From assembly GCA_002189035.1 (NCBI GenBank), contig NEEC01000012.1:930001-994000 (forward strand): a DNA stretch of 64,000 nt. The letters are read 5' to 3'. Shown here piece by piece: positions 12,213 to 24,553 of the stretch. Position numbers and translations under genes: made by a program. The notes beneath the pieces are model-generated. The model was not told where the DNA came from. It worked only from the letters and a program-made list of their open reading frames with translations, and did not search any database. Position 1 is the stretch's first letter, and the number at the start of each line of letters is the position of its first letter. This stretch comes from Utricularia gibba (taxonomy: Eukaryota; Plantae; Magnoliophyta).

Positions 12213-13966
12213 TTATACTTTATCATCTAGTTTCTCGCTAACCAATGGCGTCAGCTCCATTTTACCCCGGGGTGTAAGAGGGGTTGGTCCTGGAGTCTCG
12301 TTGGAGATTATATGTCTCACATATCCGTAGAAGGTGCACCCAACTAGCGTTATGCCGCATCCGATGGCATTCATAACAGAGATTGGATTCCGAAAAATAA
12401 GCCATGAGCACGTAACAGCAACGGCAACCTGGCATAAAACAACAGACTCAAATACCATGGAGGAACCTCGACCTCGTGTGTCAGTCACTAGAAGGGAGCA
12501 GCTTTTGAGAAGAGACTAACAAATCCTAAGGGAGGGAGCAAAATGGTCTGTACCTTGAGATTCCCAGCAACGTTGAAGGTCACTGCATTAGTAGAATGAA
12601 TAACATAAAAGATGGAGAAATTGAGACAAAATGCCAGCACTCCAGACCCGAAGATGACCAAAACAGATGAGAGCAGAGATGGGGTTGTGTAGATCCATAC
12701 CACCACCCCTGGCCCTTCCAGTAGCAGGGCTGGGATCGCTAAAATCATCGTTGCAAATGGTGCCATGTAGTAGACTGTATTGATGCTGCACTCAATTCAA
12801 AAGTCAACTTTGACTTGAGCAAGCTACATAAAGCAGGCGAAGAATTGAAGAAAGGCGTTAAGAATTCCAGGTTGTGCTAGTTACCTATCAAACTTGTAGC
12901 CATGTAACAAAGATTCCGCAAGAATGGTTTTAGTGGAAGTAGCAAGGCAGCCAAACAGTGCAGCGCAGAATCCAAAAATGTTAAAACTGAGCTCGGTGAC
13001 AGAAGTAAGAAGAATCCCTCCAACTATAGGCACTAAAGACGCCCAAATACGCCATTCAAAGTACTTTTTCCAAATTAGCCATTGCAGGACAACTGTTTCC
13101 AAAGCAATGACAAGATATCGGTCAAAAAGCAGGCGCAGGAATAGGAAACCATCTTATCTTGGGCACGTTAATATCCCCACACACATTGCAACTTGTAAAA
13201 GTTACCTGTTGTTGCAGGGGTAAATGACTTGATTGTCTGCATGAAAGACACAGGTATATACCGTAGACTGACATTCCCCAACACAATGTTTATGCAAAAT
13301 ATAAAGGACATGGGAAGGATTCTCTTCAATCGATCTTCGGGATCAACGTGAATCAGGGGTTTGAGTTTGAGTACTTTAATAACCACGTATGCGCCAATAG
13401 ATGATGAGATAAAGTGAACACATGAGACTGATAATGGATACTTGAAGTCCAGTTTCTATGGAGAAAAGAACAAGAAACAACCGCTGAGTTATGTGATCCA
13501 CGAGACAAGAATAAAAAAAAATGCAGGCAAACAGCAAGGGGTACTCTAATGCGCTGATGTCGGAACAAGCATATAGCAATCACCACAAGACTGTGAATTG
13601 GCTATTTTTTAAACTAACTGCAAGCATATCCAGATTACCATCACATTTCAAATTCATTTCACAAGGACAGGCATGACATTTTCAAGCATTTACAGAAGGG
13701 CGAATCAATGTAGTGCATGAAATGTAGTAGTGTAGAAAGAGAACCGAGAAAAGGCACTGAATAAAGTTGGGGGAAGGGAATAAAGGTCTTTGATACGCCA
13801 ATTCACTGCCTCACCCAGCAACACAACCTAAGAAGCATTTGTGCAAGGGAACGATTAAAAATAAAATTTGCACCTGGAAGATCCATTTGTTCATGATGAT
13901 AACAGTGACATTGAAGCCCCACCACTGGATGATAGCCAAAATAGATCGAAGAACAGTCCACTCCAT
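12213..13966 (-). CDS. Nucleotide-sugar transporter, UDP-galactose transporter 1 / GONST5-like (TPT/DMT family), 332 aa; exons 13966-13874, 13455-13206, 13092-12885, 12785-12554, 12428-12213
   Basis: MEWTVLRSILAIIQWWGFNVTVIIMNKWIFQ-KLDFKYPL...NIVLGNVSLRYIPVSFMQTIKSFTPATT...ATSTKTILAESLLHGYKFDSINTVYYMAPFAT...VTFNVAGNLKVAVAV...TPRGKMELTPLVSEKLDDKV*. Exons sum to 999 nt and all introns are GT-AG. Confidence 0.95.
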
Positions 13967-14473
13967 GATTGTATAACGACCCAGATGAAATTTCGAACGA
14001 AAACCTGTCCTCTAAAACACAATAAAAAGGCGCAAAGAAGAAAAAAAATACCCAGATCAAATTAAGTGGGGTGCGATTGGAAGGGAATCAAATCTAGATT
14101 TGAGCAGTGCCGCAGGAGCGTCTCAAGGAAGAGACGGAGCGGCGGAGTCTCGGAGGGCAGGTGATTTTAGTTTGGAAATGAAGGAAACGATCTCCATTAT
14201 TCCAAATCCGTTGACTGTCCGTGGCTTGTGCAAACATAAATTCTGGAAAGAATTGGAAACGCATCTGTCTCTCTGGGTTCACGCCTCAAGAACTGCCCCA
14301 CATTCCACGCAGCCCAGGGTTGTAGTTTATGGCAGAGAATTCCTGGATTGGTTATTATTTAGCGTACGTAAATTGTAACTGGCGCAGGCTGCAGCTGTAG
14401 CGTAGGTTTCACCTTTTTTGTGTATGTCCCTCGGCCTCAGGTAAATCCTTTCCCTCTGCCTCGCCAAATGCCC

Positions 14474-14724
14474 ATAGCCAATAGCCAATAGCCATTTTTA
14501 TTAGCCAATAGCTCGACCAGACGTTTTGGAGTGTGAGAAATTTAAATGGGTCGTCGCGTAATAATGACGAATAATTGTACCCGTTGATTAATGGGATATC
14601 CCATGGAAGATGCCGTTTCAAAGGCCAAAGCTGCAACATTTTCGTATTCTTTAACAAACTGTGTGTTACAACAGGAAACAGGGCAGGGCAGGGCACTCCA
14701 GGGATCCGGCAATGGGCCGGCCCA
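14474..14724. promoter_or_regulatory. Upstream region of the transporter gene: ATAGCCA repeat with three CCAAT boxes and a palindromic double site-II element
   Basis: CCAAT at 14478, 14485 and 14505. Perfect palindrome TGGGCCGGCCCA at 14713-14724. Motif match only. Confidence 0.35.
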
Positions 14725-14986
14725 CCCACTACAAGATGATAACTTGCAACTTGGTGGGAAATATGCAAAACATGGGCAAGGAAAGACCAACATTTTTTGC
14801 TCTTTCGAAAAAAGTTTTTACGAAACGACAACAATTAATTATTTATCGGACTCAATAGAATAACCACTAACTCTAACCGGTTCTCTACTTTCAATCCTAA
14901 CTTTATTATAATTCATACACTTGACATTTAATTACTATAATTTAAAACCCTAACAATTTATGTATAATGCCAACTTGGCCAGATTA

Positions 14987-15229
14987 TAGTATTTTTAACT
15001 CCGGTTGAATCCATCCTTCGGTTTACGCATGATTTTGAGTCAAATCTTTTTTATAATATATGGAATCGGATTCAACACATTATGAAAAATAATTGTCCAA
15101 ATCTAATACTTCAAAGTTTCATATACGTTTTTAATATTTTTATAAAAATATTGAACCCAACAAAAAAAAACATGGATTTGGATTGAACCAAATCGAACTG
15201 CCGATTCAACCAGAGGTTTAAAAACATTA
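14987..15229. mobile_element. hAT-like MITE remnant
   Basis: Imperfect TIRs: tagtatttttaactccggttgaatc at the left end, and taatgtttttaaacctctggttgaatc as the reverse complement of the right end. No clear TSD. Confidence 0.45.
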
Positions 15230-16559
15230 TCAACCTATGTTTCAAATGGTGCAATTTTCACCTTTAATTTATTAACAATAGAATTTCGACTAATAATTAG
15301 AACTATTTAAAACTTAACCCCTCCTTTCGCTTCCCTCCCTTCTCCTCTTGCAGTCAACCAATCTGGGCCGAGCTGTCTGCATGGTTATGGGCCAACTAGG
15401 GTTGCTTGACCCCTATATCATAGTTACGAGGCTAATTATGGGTTTTAACGATGACATGTCTCTCATATGCATAGTCTTGTTTCTGAACATGCAATACAAC
15501 TTTTATAAATGTGTTTTTTGACCACACTATTTCATGTAGGGATACCCATTCCATTAACTTAAATTTATCAAAAATATTACGATTTTGTGTTAATATAAAT
15601 TATCAAATATATAATTTATTAAAATATAGGATACAACTTACCAATCACTTCTCATTCCTAGTAATCACATTGATTGTGCTACAAGTCTCGCTTTCTCCTT
15701 TTACATGTCCATCTTTAATTTCCTTGATTGCAATCCTCTATAAAAACATGTCTACATTCTTCAAAAATGGCATTCAAAATGGTTTTAATCCTTGGACCTA
15801 ATGATCCTACCCATTTTGTTGCTTCTCTCCACTGATTAGCACATCAAATAAAAAATTTATCATTGATTTTGTCTAGTATGTCAATCAATTTTCATCTCAT
15901 TTACAGATTCAAAGTTACTGTTCAACAATACTCATTTAGATGGCATGTCATAAAAGTCATGTGATCAATGGGTGGATCAACACAAACCCTCTTTTCTCAC
16001 TCACGACCTCAACTGTTGCCCATGGGTGGCTTAGGTTATATGAACCAAGTATTCATGCCATTGGATGCCCAATCACTACATGATGGATTTCCATGGAAGA
16101 CATCTCATGGTTTTTGGTCCTTGATAGGGTAGTGCCCTACAAATCAACATTCTTTAACATACATCTAAGTTTATTAAACTATAGCTTCTCACCAATTTCC
16201 CTTTAAACCATATTTTGAAAGGCTTTTAATCATTAAAGTACTTCTTAATTTCATTTAATCAGATAAACCCATATTATCCACAAAGATTATGTAATGCCTT
16301 AACCCAATAGCACTGGGAAATGGGTCCTCCAACATCAATGAACACAAGGTCTAATCATCTTGTGTTCTAGCGAAATGGAAACCTAAAAACAACATTATGT
16401 TACTTTCTGTAGATGTAGCTTTCACACACTAAAGACATGTTATCAAGTTCTATCATTATTTTCTTCGCAAATTTATGCAAACTACTTTCAGATAGGTGTC
16501 CTAAGCTAGCTTGGATAGCTTGTTGTTTTTGGATTCAATTATTTATTAGTGTATGTGTT

Positions 16560-17098
16560 CTAGAGACAATCAACTCATTGGCAAATCTTATCTTATGATA
16601 TTTATTTTGAATTGTGATCAAATTTATATCATTGATAAAATCCTCTACTTGATCTATGTGCTATACAAATTATGATGAGATCATAATGTGAGATTCTTCA
16701 AGCACTCATGATCAAGTTAAAAACTCCCCAGCTAGAGTATTTGTGAAATGAGGATATCACAAATACGGATAAGTTGGCACACATTGAGTTTCCTAAATTA
16801 TTTAGGCAATGGTTCTCACAATTGATGTAATGAGATTACTAGAACCTATGTGTGTGTGTCGATTAGAGAATCGATTCACTGGATGACTCATCTTCAAGAT
16901 GCTGCTATGGGAAGCTAACCAAGTGTTAGTAGCAAGATCTCAAATATAACAGTTGTGCAATTAAGCTTAGACTTGAGGTTAACAAAGTTATCTTGATCTT
17001 AAGCTTACATTTTCGCTCATTACTAATGGGAGCCTAACCATGGCTTGCCTAGTATGGATGAGTAGGGATGTGACTCCTTAAGGTTGGAGATGAAAAGT
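16560..17098 (+). repeat. LTR fragment (Angela-like copia LTR?), inverted copy of 30362-30800
   Basis: About 440 bp matches the reverse complement of 30362-30800 (e.g. cacaaatacggataagttggcacacattgag; gatgagtagggatgtgactccttaag). Confidence 0.7.
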
Positions 17099-17119
17099 AA
17101 TCACAAAATAAGTTTAACC

Positions 17120-17400
17120 CAGTTTAAAAAACAATTGATTTCACTCTAGGATCAAGTATCTTTGCTATGAGAAAAAATGTAGATAGAATCTCAAAATGTT
17201 TTATAAAATTTTGAACAATAGATTTTGTAATATTAGAGATCAAGTCCACATTAAAATATTCATTAAATGTAGAGATTATGACAACCAAAGTAGGTAGGAC
17301 AAAATATGTGGTGTGATAGTAAAGACTGCTAAATGACTTTATAAATTTAGGAAAAATATAAAATAATAAACTTAATATCACACTCACATACATATATGAT
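17120..17400 (-). mobile_element. hAT transposase remnant
   Basis: ORF ends IAKILDPRVKSI (hAT LDPRxK motif), similar to MIDPRVKG at ~49490-49520. Confidence 0.55.
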
Positions 17401-17449
17401 CATGTATTCGAATATTTTCATATGTATGCATTGTAAAAAATAAGAAGCC

Positions 17450-19650
17450 AACTTCATTATAAAAAATAACGACAATGGTAGCAATGTTACTTGATTCGGG
17501 AGGAGTCCTTCACTCCCAGTTTCAGTTCTTTTACCTCCCGCAGCAAATTCCCAAGCCTATTATATATCATGTGAATCCTATTATTGCAGCAACAGTCTTT
17601 CTCATTCCCTCAGGTCTTGGCTATCTGATCAGAGGTTCCTCCCTTTTACTTCAGTGGAGGTGCCTCCCCACAGAGTCCTGCAAGTGACTTTAAAACAAAT
17701 CTATCCCCTCATGCCTAAATTAGTCTAGTGGTCTTAAGGAATTGAGCAAATTTTGTTTCTTCATGTAAGAACTCCAACTCATAAATTTTATCAAAGCATA
17801 ACCTTTGAACAAGAAAATTAACAACATTACCGAACCCAAGATGGTTTATGGTATTCGTGCAATATTCCCTATTCATTTTTTCTGCTAAAATTGCTCTTAA
17901 ATTTAAGGATTTCTTGTGCAACAAGCATCACATGACAAACAAATCACATTTATAGAGAGAATTAAATCTTAAGGCCCTACCAAACAACACAACGACACAA
18001 GCAGGTGAACATATTGCATAATAGGGTTTGTGAATAAATCAGCTTTCATCTCTTTGGATTTAAATTCTATTATATGTTGATCAATTAAAATTTCATACAC
18101 CTCTTCAGCATCAAAATCGTCAAGATAATCAAGCAATGAGGTAGCAAATTCATGAGACTCAACATGTTGTTCTGAACAAAAACCTAAAGTTATATTCCAT
18201 TCAGCAATTGAAAGTGAGAAATTCTTTCCTAGCAATTTAAATGTGATTGTCGATGGTGCAAGCACAGTTTCTAGTTTCTCATGACAAAAAGTAGAAGTGA
18301 ATTCGTACATTAGTTCAACATAACAAGGACGGTTCAAATCACATAATGTGAGCAACGCAGAATCCTCTAGAATTGAATGAACTTCTGTAATTATGTCCAA
18401 TTCTACCAACGTTTCAAAATCTATGATCCGACAAGGCAACACCCTTGTCCCTTTTACCTCATTGTACCTGAATGTGAATTCTTCTTCATCAAAGTGTAGG
18501 TACTTGAGGTTGAGCATTTCTACATGTTACTTGAAGTAGGGGATGCCTTTGCTGGTCCTTTTCCGATGTGATTTCCCTTTGTCCTCTTCTTCAAGTTTAC
18601 CTGAACTCAAGAACAGTGGAACAAGGTTAGGTAAGAATTTTTCTCTTTTCGTTTGAACCACTTGTTTCTCCTCACTGGCATTTTTCTCCAACTCCTCTAC
18701 TGTTGGTTTAGGTTCCTTCTACTTCCTTGTTAGTTTTCTTGTGCATGATGCTCTTTGTGGCAACCTTCTCACTGGATTTTGCAGCAACAGCACTTTGGTG
18801 TTGGTGCTTAATAGGCATCTTGGGAGAGATTTTCTGCAATTCTCAAGAACAAAGTGAAACGTTTTGAAACAAAATGAACATCACAAGGAAATTTACCCCC
18901 AATTTCACCAAGGGTTTGAGGGTAAACCAATAAAATCCTGACAATTAAACGCTACCCTGTACTTATCTTGCGTGTCATTGTAATTTAATTCCCACTTTCT
19001 ATTATAAGTAACACAGTAAAACAAAATAACTCCTAGCTTAGTTTAAAAGTACAAAATAAAATGACATGAAAATATAATATAAAGACGAACAAAACTTAAA
19101 CTTGAGTTGCCTCCCAAGAACGTCCCTGTTTCTAGTCCTTGACTAGACTATCGGTAAGTTCTACATTGTTACTGTGTACTTTAGGACAAGAACTTCAACT
19201 TCTTTAGCCAACCTGTTTTGAAGATTTTCATAAAAAATCTTCAATCTATGCCCATTAACAATAAAAAATTGCATTAGTTTCTCCATCATAAATCTCCACA
19301 GTTTCGTTTGGGAAAACTTGTTTCACCACTAATGGTCCAATCCAACGAGATTTGAGTTTTCCTGGATGCAACTTCAATTTGGATTGAAATAGCAAAACTT
19401 TATTACCATCTTCAAAGGACCTTCTAGAAATAACTTTAAGCTTTCGTAGCATAATTCCTCATCTCTTCCAATTTTGAGAGTTGTAATTTCCTTTAACTCA
19501 CACTAAGATTTTCATCAAGGCTTTGTGCTCTAACACAGCTGGTAACCTGTTAGGTTTTCGATAGACTAACCTGAATGGAGAGGTCCCAATTGGTGTCTTG
19601 TATGCATTTATAGGAATAAAGAAATATCCACTTTCCCTTACACTTTCTTG
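17450..19650 (-). mobile_element. Athila-like Ty3/gypsy internal fragment: integrase C-terminus plus env-like ORF
   Basis: FEDGNKVLLFQSKLKLHPGKLKSRWIGPLVVKQVFP (integrase C-terminus). The Athila-type motif ttcttgggaggcaactcaag is on - at ~19105-19125. Downstream ORF 17969-18517 (PCYVELMYEFTSTF...ITFKLLGKNFSLSIAEWN) is typical of the Athila extra ORF. Confidence 0.8.
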
Positions 19651-20351
19651 TAAGAATGTATAGGCCATTATCTCATGTTACTCTCCCTTGGATGATCATA
19701 AAGATAATAGGTGCAACCAACAATTATCTTTATGTTCCATTGCATACGTGTGCCTGAATATTGCCAATGGCCTATTGGTCCAAATACGCAGTTAATATAT
19801 GTCTATTGCTGTGGGAGATGATCACAAACATGACACTGCCTCCTCGAACTTTGAGTAGGGAGTTGGAGTCTTCTACCTTAGTTTGCTTCAAAACTCTTAA
19901 GTAGAGGCCAGCTATTCGTTAATCTTGACTATGGTTCATTATAGAACGACCAAAATGTATGCAAGTAGAGACATGTAAAACCCAATTGAATTTGGAGAAG
20001 AAGTGGAGAACTAATGATGAAACATGAAAGAGAAGTCTCTTCCTCTAGAAATAAGAAGTTTAGTCACAAATGGCTATACAAAATATGAAACTCAAAACAA
20101 ACTAAACAAAACATGGAGATTGATCTTAAGAGATGCAATCCAAAACATAAACTTAAAAAAACTAGAAAGAGAGTTCTTTTCATCTACACTTGCATCATTC
20201 TTAAATTCCACCACTAATTTTTGCATGACTTACAAGAAAGCTTGATGCTGCTCTGACATTGTAACATCATAATCATTCCTTCTATTAGCTGCAATTATGT
20301 CTTGACATGTTTAGGCTCATCATCAATATCCTATCTTTTTCTAGAAATCAT

Positions 20352-21140
20352 TGATATTGTGTCATATTTTATCGTATTTGAGTCAAATTTTCGCATTAGA
20401 ATTTAGGATTAAGTGACTTAGAATGGAAAAAAATGTCAAAATATGCAGTGGTATAAAAATTATTGGAGAGAGTGATGGAAGGATATTTTCTGATGAAAGG
20501 ATTGTTTTTGGAGTTTTTCATATCTTCGAGGAAGGAGATTGGGGAAAAGAAGTTCTAGCATGACACTAGAACTAATGTCTGACGTCCGTAGGTGCAGTTG
20601 AGATCTAGACCAACAATGAAGAAGCTTGAGAACCTACGGTTGAGAATAAAAAGACAAGGAAAACACCAAAATCAAAGAATCAAACAAGCATATAACTTTT
20701 CTCTCAAATCATATTTCTTGCATTTTATTTTCTTGCATGCTATTTCCATTTCATGTTTTTAATGTTCAATATGTTCAAATGCTTCCTTCATCTTAATATG
20801 TTCGCATGCACACTTAATACCTAACAACCTAAAGATGAACTTTAATCTATTAATGCACCGTTTAATTTAGAATTAAGTGCAATGATCATTGTTTATTGCT
20901 AGAAATGCCAATTTACTTGTTCTGTTTTCATTTTAGAAATCATGAGTAGTCTTTAATCAATTTTAGTTAGAATAGAAACTCACTTTCAGACAAAATTCCC
21001 TGTTTAGTTTCATTTATGCATAAGACTAGCAACCAAAAACCGTTTGCTTTCTGTGGATAAAATGTAGTTTTGTTTGTTCAATACACAAATTACTTTTAAT
21101 GGAAAAAACGTTTAGAGGATATTGTTTGTCATCTATTCAT
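20352..21140 (+). mobile_element. LTR-like fragment (Athila-type)
   Basis: Starts tgatattgtgtcatattttatcgtattt, resembling Athila LTR starts. The right boundary and TSD are not resolved. Confidence 0.35.
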
Positions 21141-21379
21141 ACATCACTTTTCAACCATTTTCCACTGGTGTCCATTCATACATTTAAATTCAACTAGGGT
21201 AAAGAAAAGATAAGATGAAATATAACAATAAAAATAATTATACTAATATAAGAAAAATTTATAATTCCTATTCTAGACTATTACACCCAATAAAAGAAGG
21301 GCGTAACATGACTATGGTGTTATTAGTGTGTTTCTATCTGGGCACTGTTGAATGGCTATGGTGTTGGAAGTGCACAACA

Positions 21380-24300
21380 AGTTGGGTTTTGTCAATGGAA
21401 GACTGTTATGCCCACTTCCTTCAAATCCAAACTTTGCAAGATGGGATAGAGTTGACATGATGGTTTGGTATTAGTTGGTTCGTTAGATTTCTCAAGAATT
21501 GGCTGGTAATTTGAACTGTATTGGAATGATGAGAGAGCATTGGAATACAATTGAGAAGCAGTTTGGTCAGATGAATTTGGGTATCGTTTACCATATCTAG
21601 CGTGAACTATCTTACTTCACGGGAGGCAATGTCAGTGATAGATTATTATTCCATGATGAAGAATTTGTTGATAGATCTGGTGGGTTTGATGATGTCAAGT
21701 CAACATGTTATCTATAAAGAGACAAAAGCATCACAAATGACAAAATCAATATAATATTTCAATAGCATAAATGAGTATTTTACACCTACTATGAACCAAA
21801 TCATCATGATGAAACCGGAACAAGACCTTGATCAAGCATATGCGATGGTAATAACTATGGAAGGCCCAATGAGGGGCCAAATGAGGATAGGGCATGCTCG
21901 AATTATTTATGAGAGTGCACAAAATGATGATCAAGAAAATATGTAATGGTAATAAGTGTGGTGAATTAAAATCCTACTTGATTCCATCATGGCCAGGTTT
22001 CAATGGCGCCAATCTAATGGACTCTAAGGGATGTTACTGCAGTCACCAAACATGAAGGGTATATGAAGGAAATATGTTATAAGATGCATGTCTACATCAA
22101 AAAATTCAAGAAGAAAAGACTGTCATATGGCGAAATATGTATCTTTTGTGAACATGTTTGGCACAAATATACCTGAATTCCGTGGTAAATACATAGGTGA
22201 CCAAACTACTATGGCATAACCCATTGGGGCATGTCTCCAACTCCTTGGTAAACCGAGCACCACACCCCTTATACCTATTATATTGTGATACATGAGGTCA
22301 TCATTCCTCACCTACCATCATTGGGAAGAATTATTTTCTCATCATTCTGTATGATAAGAACAACTTGGATTTTCCTCATTTCCAGTAAACAAAATCAACA
22401 TTAACTTCTCTTCTCCTTCATTAGCCAAATTGAGAAACTTTTGTGACATACAATGAAATACATTCGCATTTATAATGGTAGCAAATTTATAAATCACATG
22501 GTCCAATCTCATGCTGATTTGCAAGCATTTATCAACAATTTTCTTGTTCATATACGGCTTAACAAAATGAGAGAGTTGGGCGAAAATGTTACCAATTTCT
22601 AAAGGTCACCTGAGCACCCTTTTCAAGCTCCTCTAACCACCCACTTTTGAGGTAAGGCCTTTCTTAGAGCCACATACCTCATTAATCAACTATCATCTTC
22701 GGTTTTAGGGTATCACACCCCATTCAAGAGCTACTGTGAGAAGAACCTAACTACTTTGACCTAAAAACATTTGGTTGCCTTTGTTATGCTAGTAACCTTT
22801 CTCCCAATCATGACAAACTTGATAAGCAGGTTTGAAAATATATTTTCTTAGGCTATACTCCTCATTCTAATGGATTCTAGCTGTATGACATGGAGAATGG
22901 GGCCATATTTATGTCTCAAAATGTTCAATTTTACAAAGAATCTTTTCCTTATCAAGTAGCTTCCTCAATTCTTCCCAAACCAACTTCCAAGACAATTTTC
23001 CCATTCCTTATAGCCCCTCAATTTGAGGGGCCATCTACTGGTGTTCACATCTTACTTTCAGCTCTTGCTACTCATCTTCCATTCTCCAATACTTCTGATG
23101 AGTAGGACATATCAGCTAACTCTCCAGCGGTGCCCAAAAACAATTCCAGCCCTCTTTCTTTCCTGATTCTCAACCTACTTCTGATAGTTCTTTTGTTGTA
23201 GTGCTAGACTTCATCACCCAACATCCTGGCAGAAATATTATGTGCTACATGCCACCTCCAACACATTTCAATCAAAATATTATGTGCTACATTCCGATGG
23301 TCAAGATTGTCAGCATTCGGCTTCTCCGAGCATTGTTGACTGCCAAAACTTATCACTTACACTAAGTGGATGTTAACAATACCTCCCTTTTTGGTCTCCA
23401 TGAAACCATATATATGCATCTCCTAGTGTGCCTGCTGAAAAAATCAGTTTATGGCCTGAAACAAGGTTTTAGACAATAGAATTTGGCACTCGAATTCAAC
23501 CTTCTTGGCATTGGTTATTTATCTAGATGACATTTTGATTGTTGAGTCTCATTTATCTGCTCTTGAAACAACTAAAGCTGGGCTACACACTGCATTTACA
23601 ATCAAAGATCTTGGTTCTACATCATTATTGGAGTGGAAGTGCATCAGTCTCTTACAAGTATATTTTTAAGCCAACATAAGCATGTTTAGGTCTTATAGGC
23701 TTTTGGACAGCCCTATTCCAAAGGCATGTCCACTCCACTTCCTCCGAACCACAAGTTTGTGCACATTGAGAATTGACGTGGAACCAGAGCAATGTCGAAG
23801 GTTGATCACCCGTCTTCTGTATCTCAGTTTCACAAGACTTGTCCCTTGCCATTCAGCAACTCAATCAGTTCTCTCATTCCTCAAAAGCTGCTCATTGGGA
23901 TGAGGCTCTTCGAGTACTTGCCTATTTATTTGGCTTTGCTGATCTTGGCCTTTTTTATTCAAGCATGTCTTCTGCTACATCAGCATCTAGCTCATCTTTT
24001 CTGCATTTTTCAGCTGATGCAGATGCTCACTAGGGGACATGCATTGACACATGCCATTCTATAAGTGACTAATGTGTCTGGTCGGGAAAAATCTGATTTC
24101 ATGACTGATAAAACAGCAGCCCACTATCTCTCATTCTTCCACAGAAGTAGAATATCGCTGTCTTGGAGCGATATCGGTTGAATTATTATGGATCTCCTAC
24201 CTTGCTCGTGATCTCGGTGTTCAATGTCCTCGGCTAGTTTCACTTTGGTGTCATAGGCAATCGGCTCTACACATCACCAAAAATCCCATGTTTCATGAAC

Positions 24301-24496
24301 ACATCAAGTACGTCCATATTGATTGTCATTTTTGTTCATGACTTGTTCAAGGTGGGTTTCTTAATGCCTAGATTCCTACTGGCTCAAGGACAAGTTGCTG
24401 ATCGCTTCACGTAAGGATTGGCATCCCATGCCTTTCAAAGCCTTATATCCAAGCTTGGCATTCAGCCCTCACCCTCTGTCCGGCTTGAGAGGGGGA
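21380..24496 (+). mobile_element. Degenerate Ty1/copia internal region (gag, pre-integrase, integrase, RT, RNase H, PPT)
   Basis: NFARWDRVDMMV (gag), KLLWHNPLGHVS (GAG-pre-integrase) and QSALHITKNPMFHEHIKYVHIDCH (RNase H). PPT gagaggggga at ~24487-24496. Many stops and deletions. Confidence 0.85.
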
Positions 24497-24553
24497 TACT
24501 GAGGATATCAAACTTCACCACACCGAGAGAACACAGGAGACTAATCATTGTAG

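Noticed and set aside
14094-14863. Several 60-140 aa ORFs on both strands
   Set aside because: They overlap the GC-rich 5' UTR/promoter of the transporter and have no domain features; likely chance ORFs.
16690-16820. CACTA transposase-like reading (HIEFPKLF)
   Set aside because: The segment is part of an LTR-like repeat duplicated at 30362-30800 and has no extended transposase frame.
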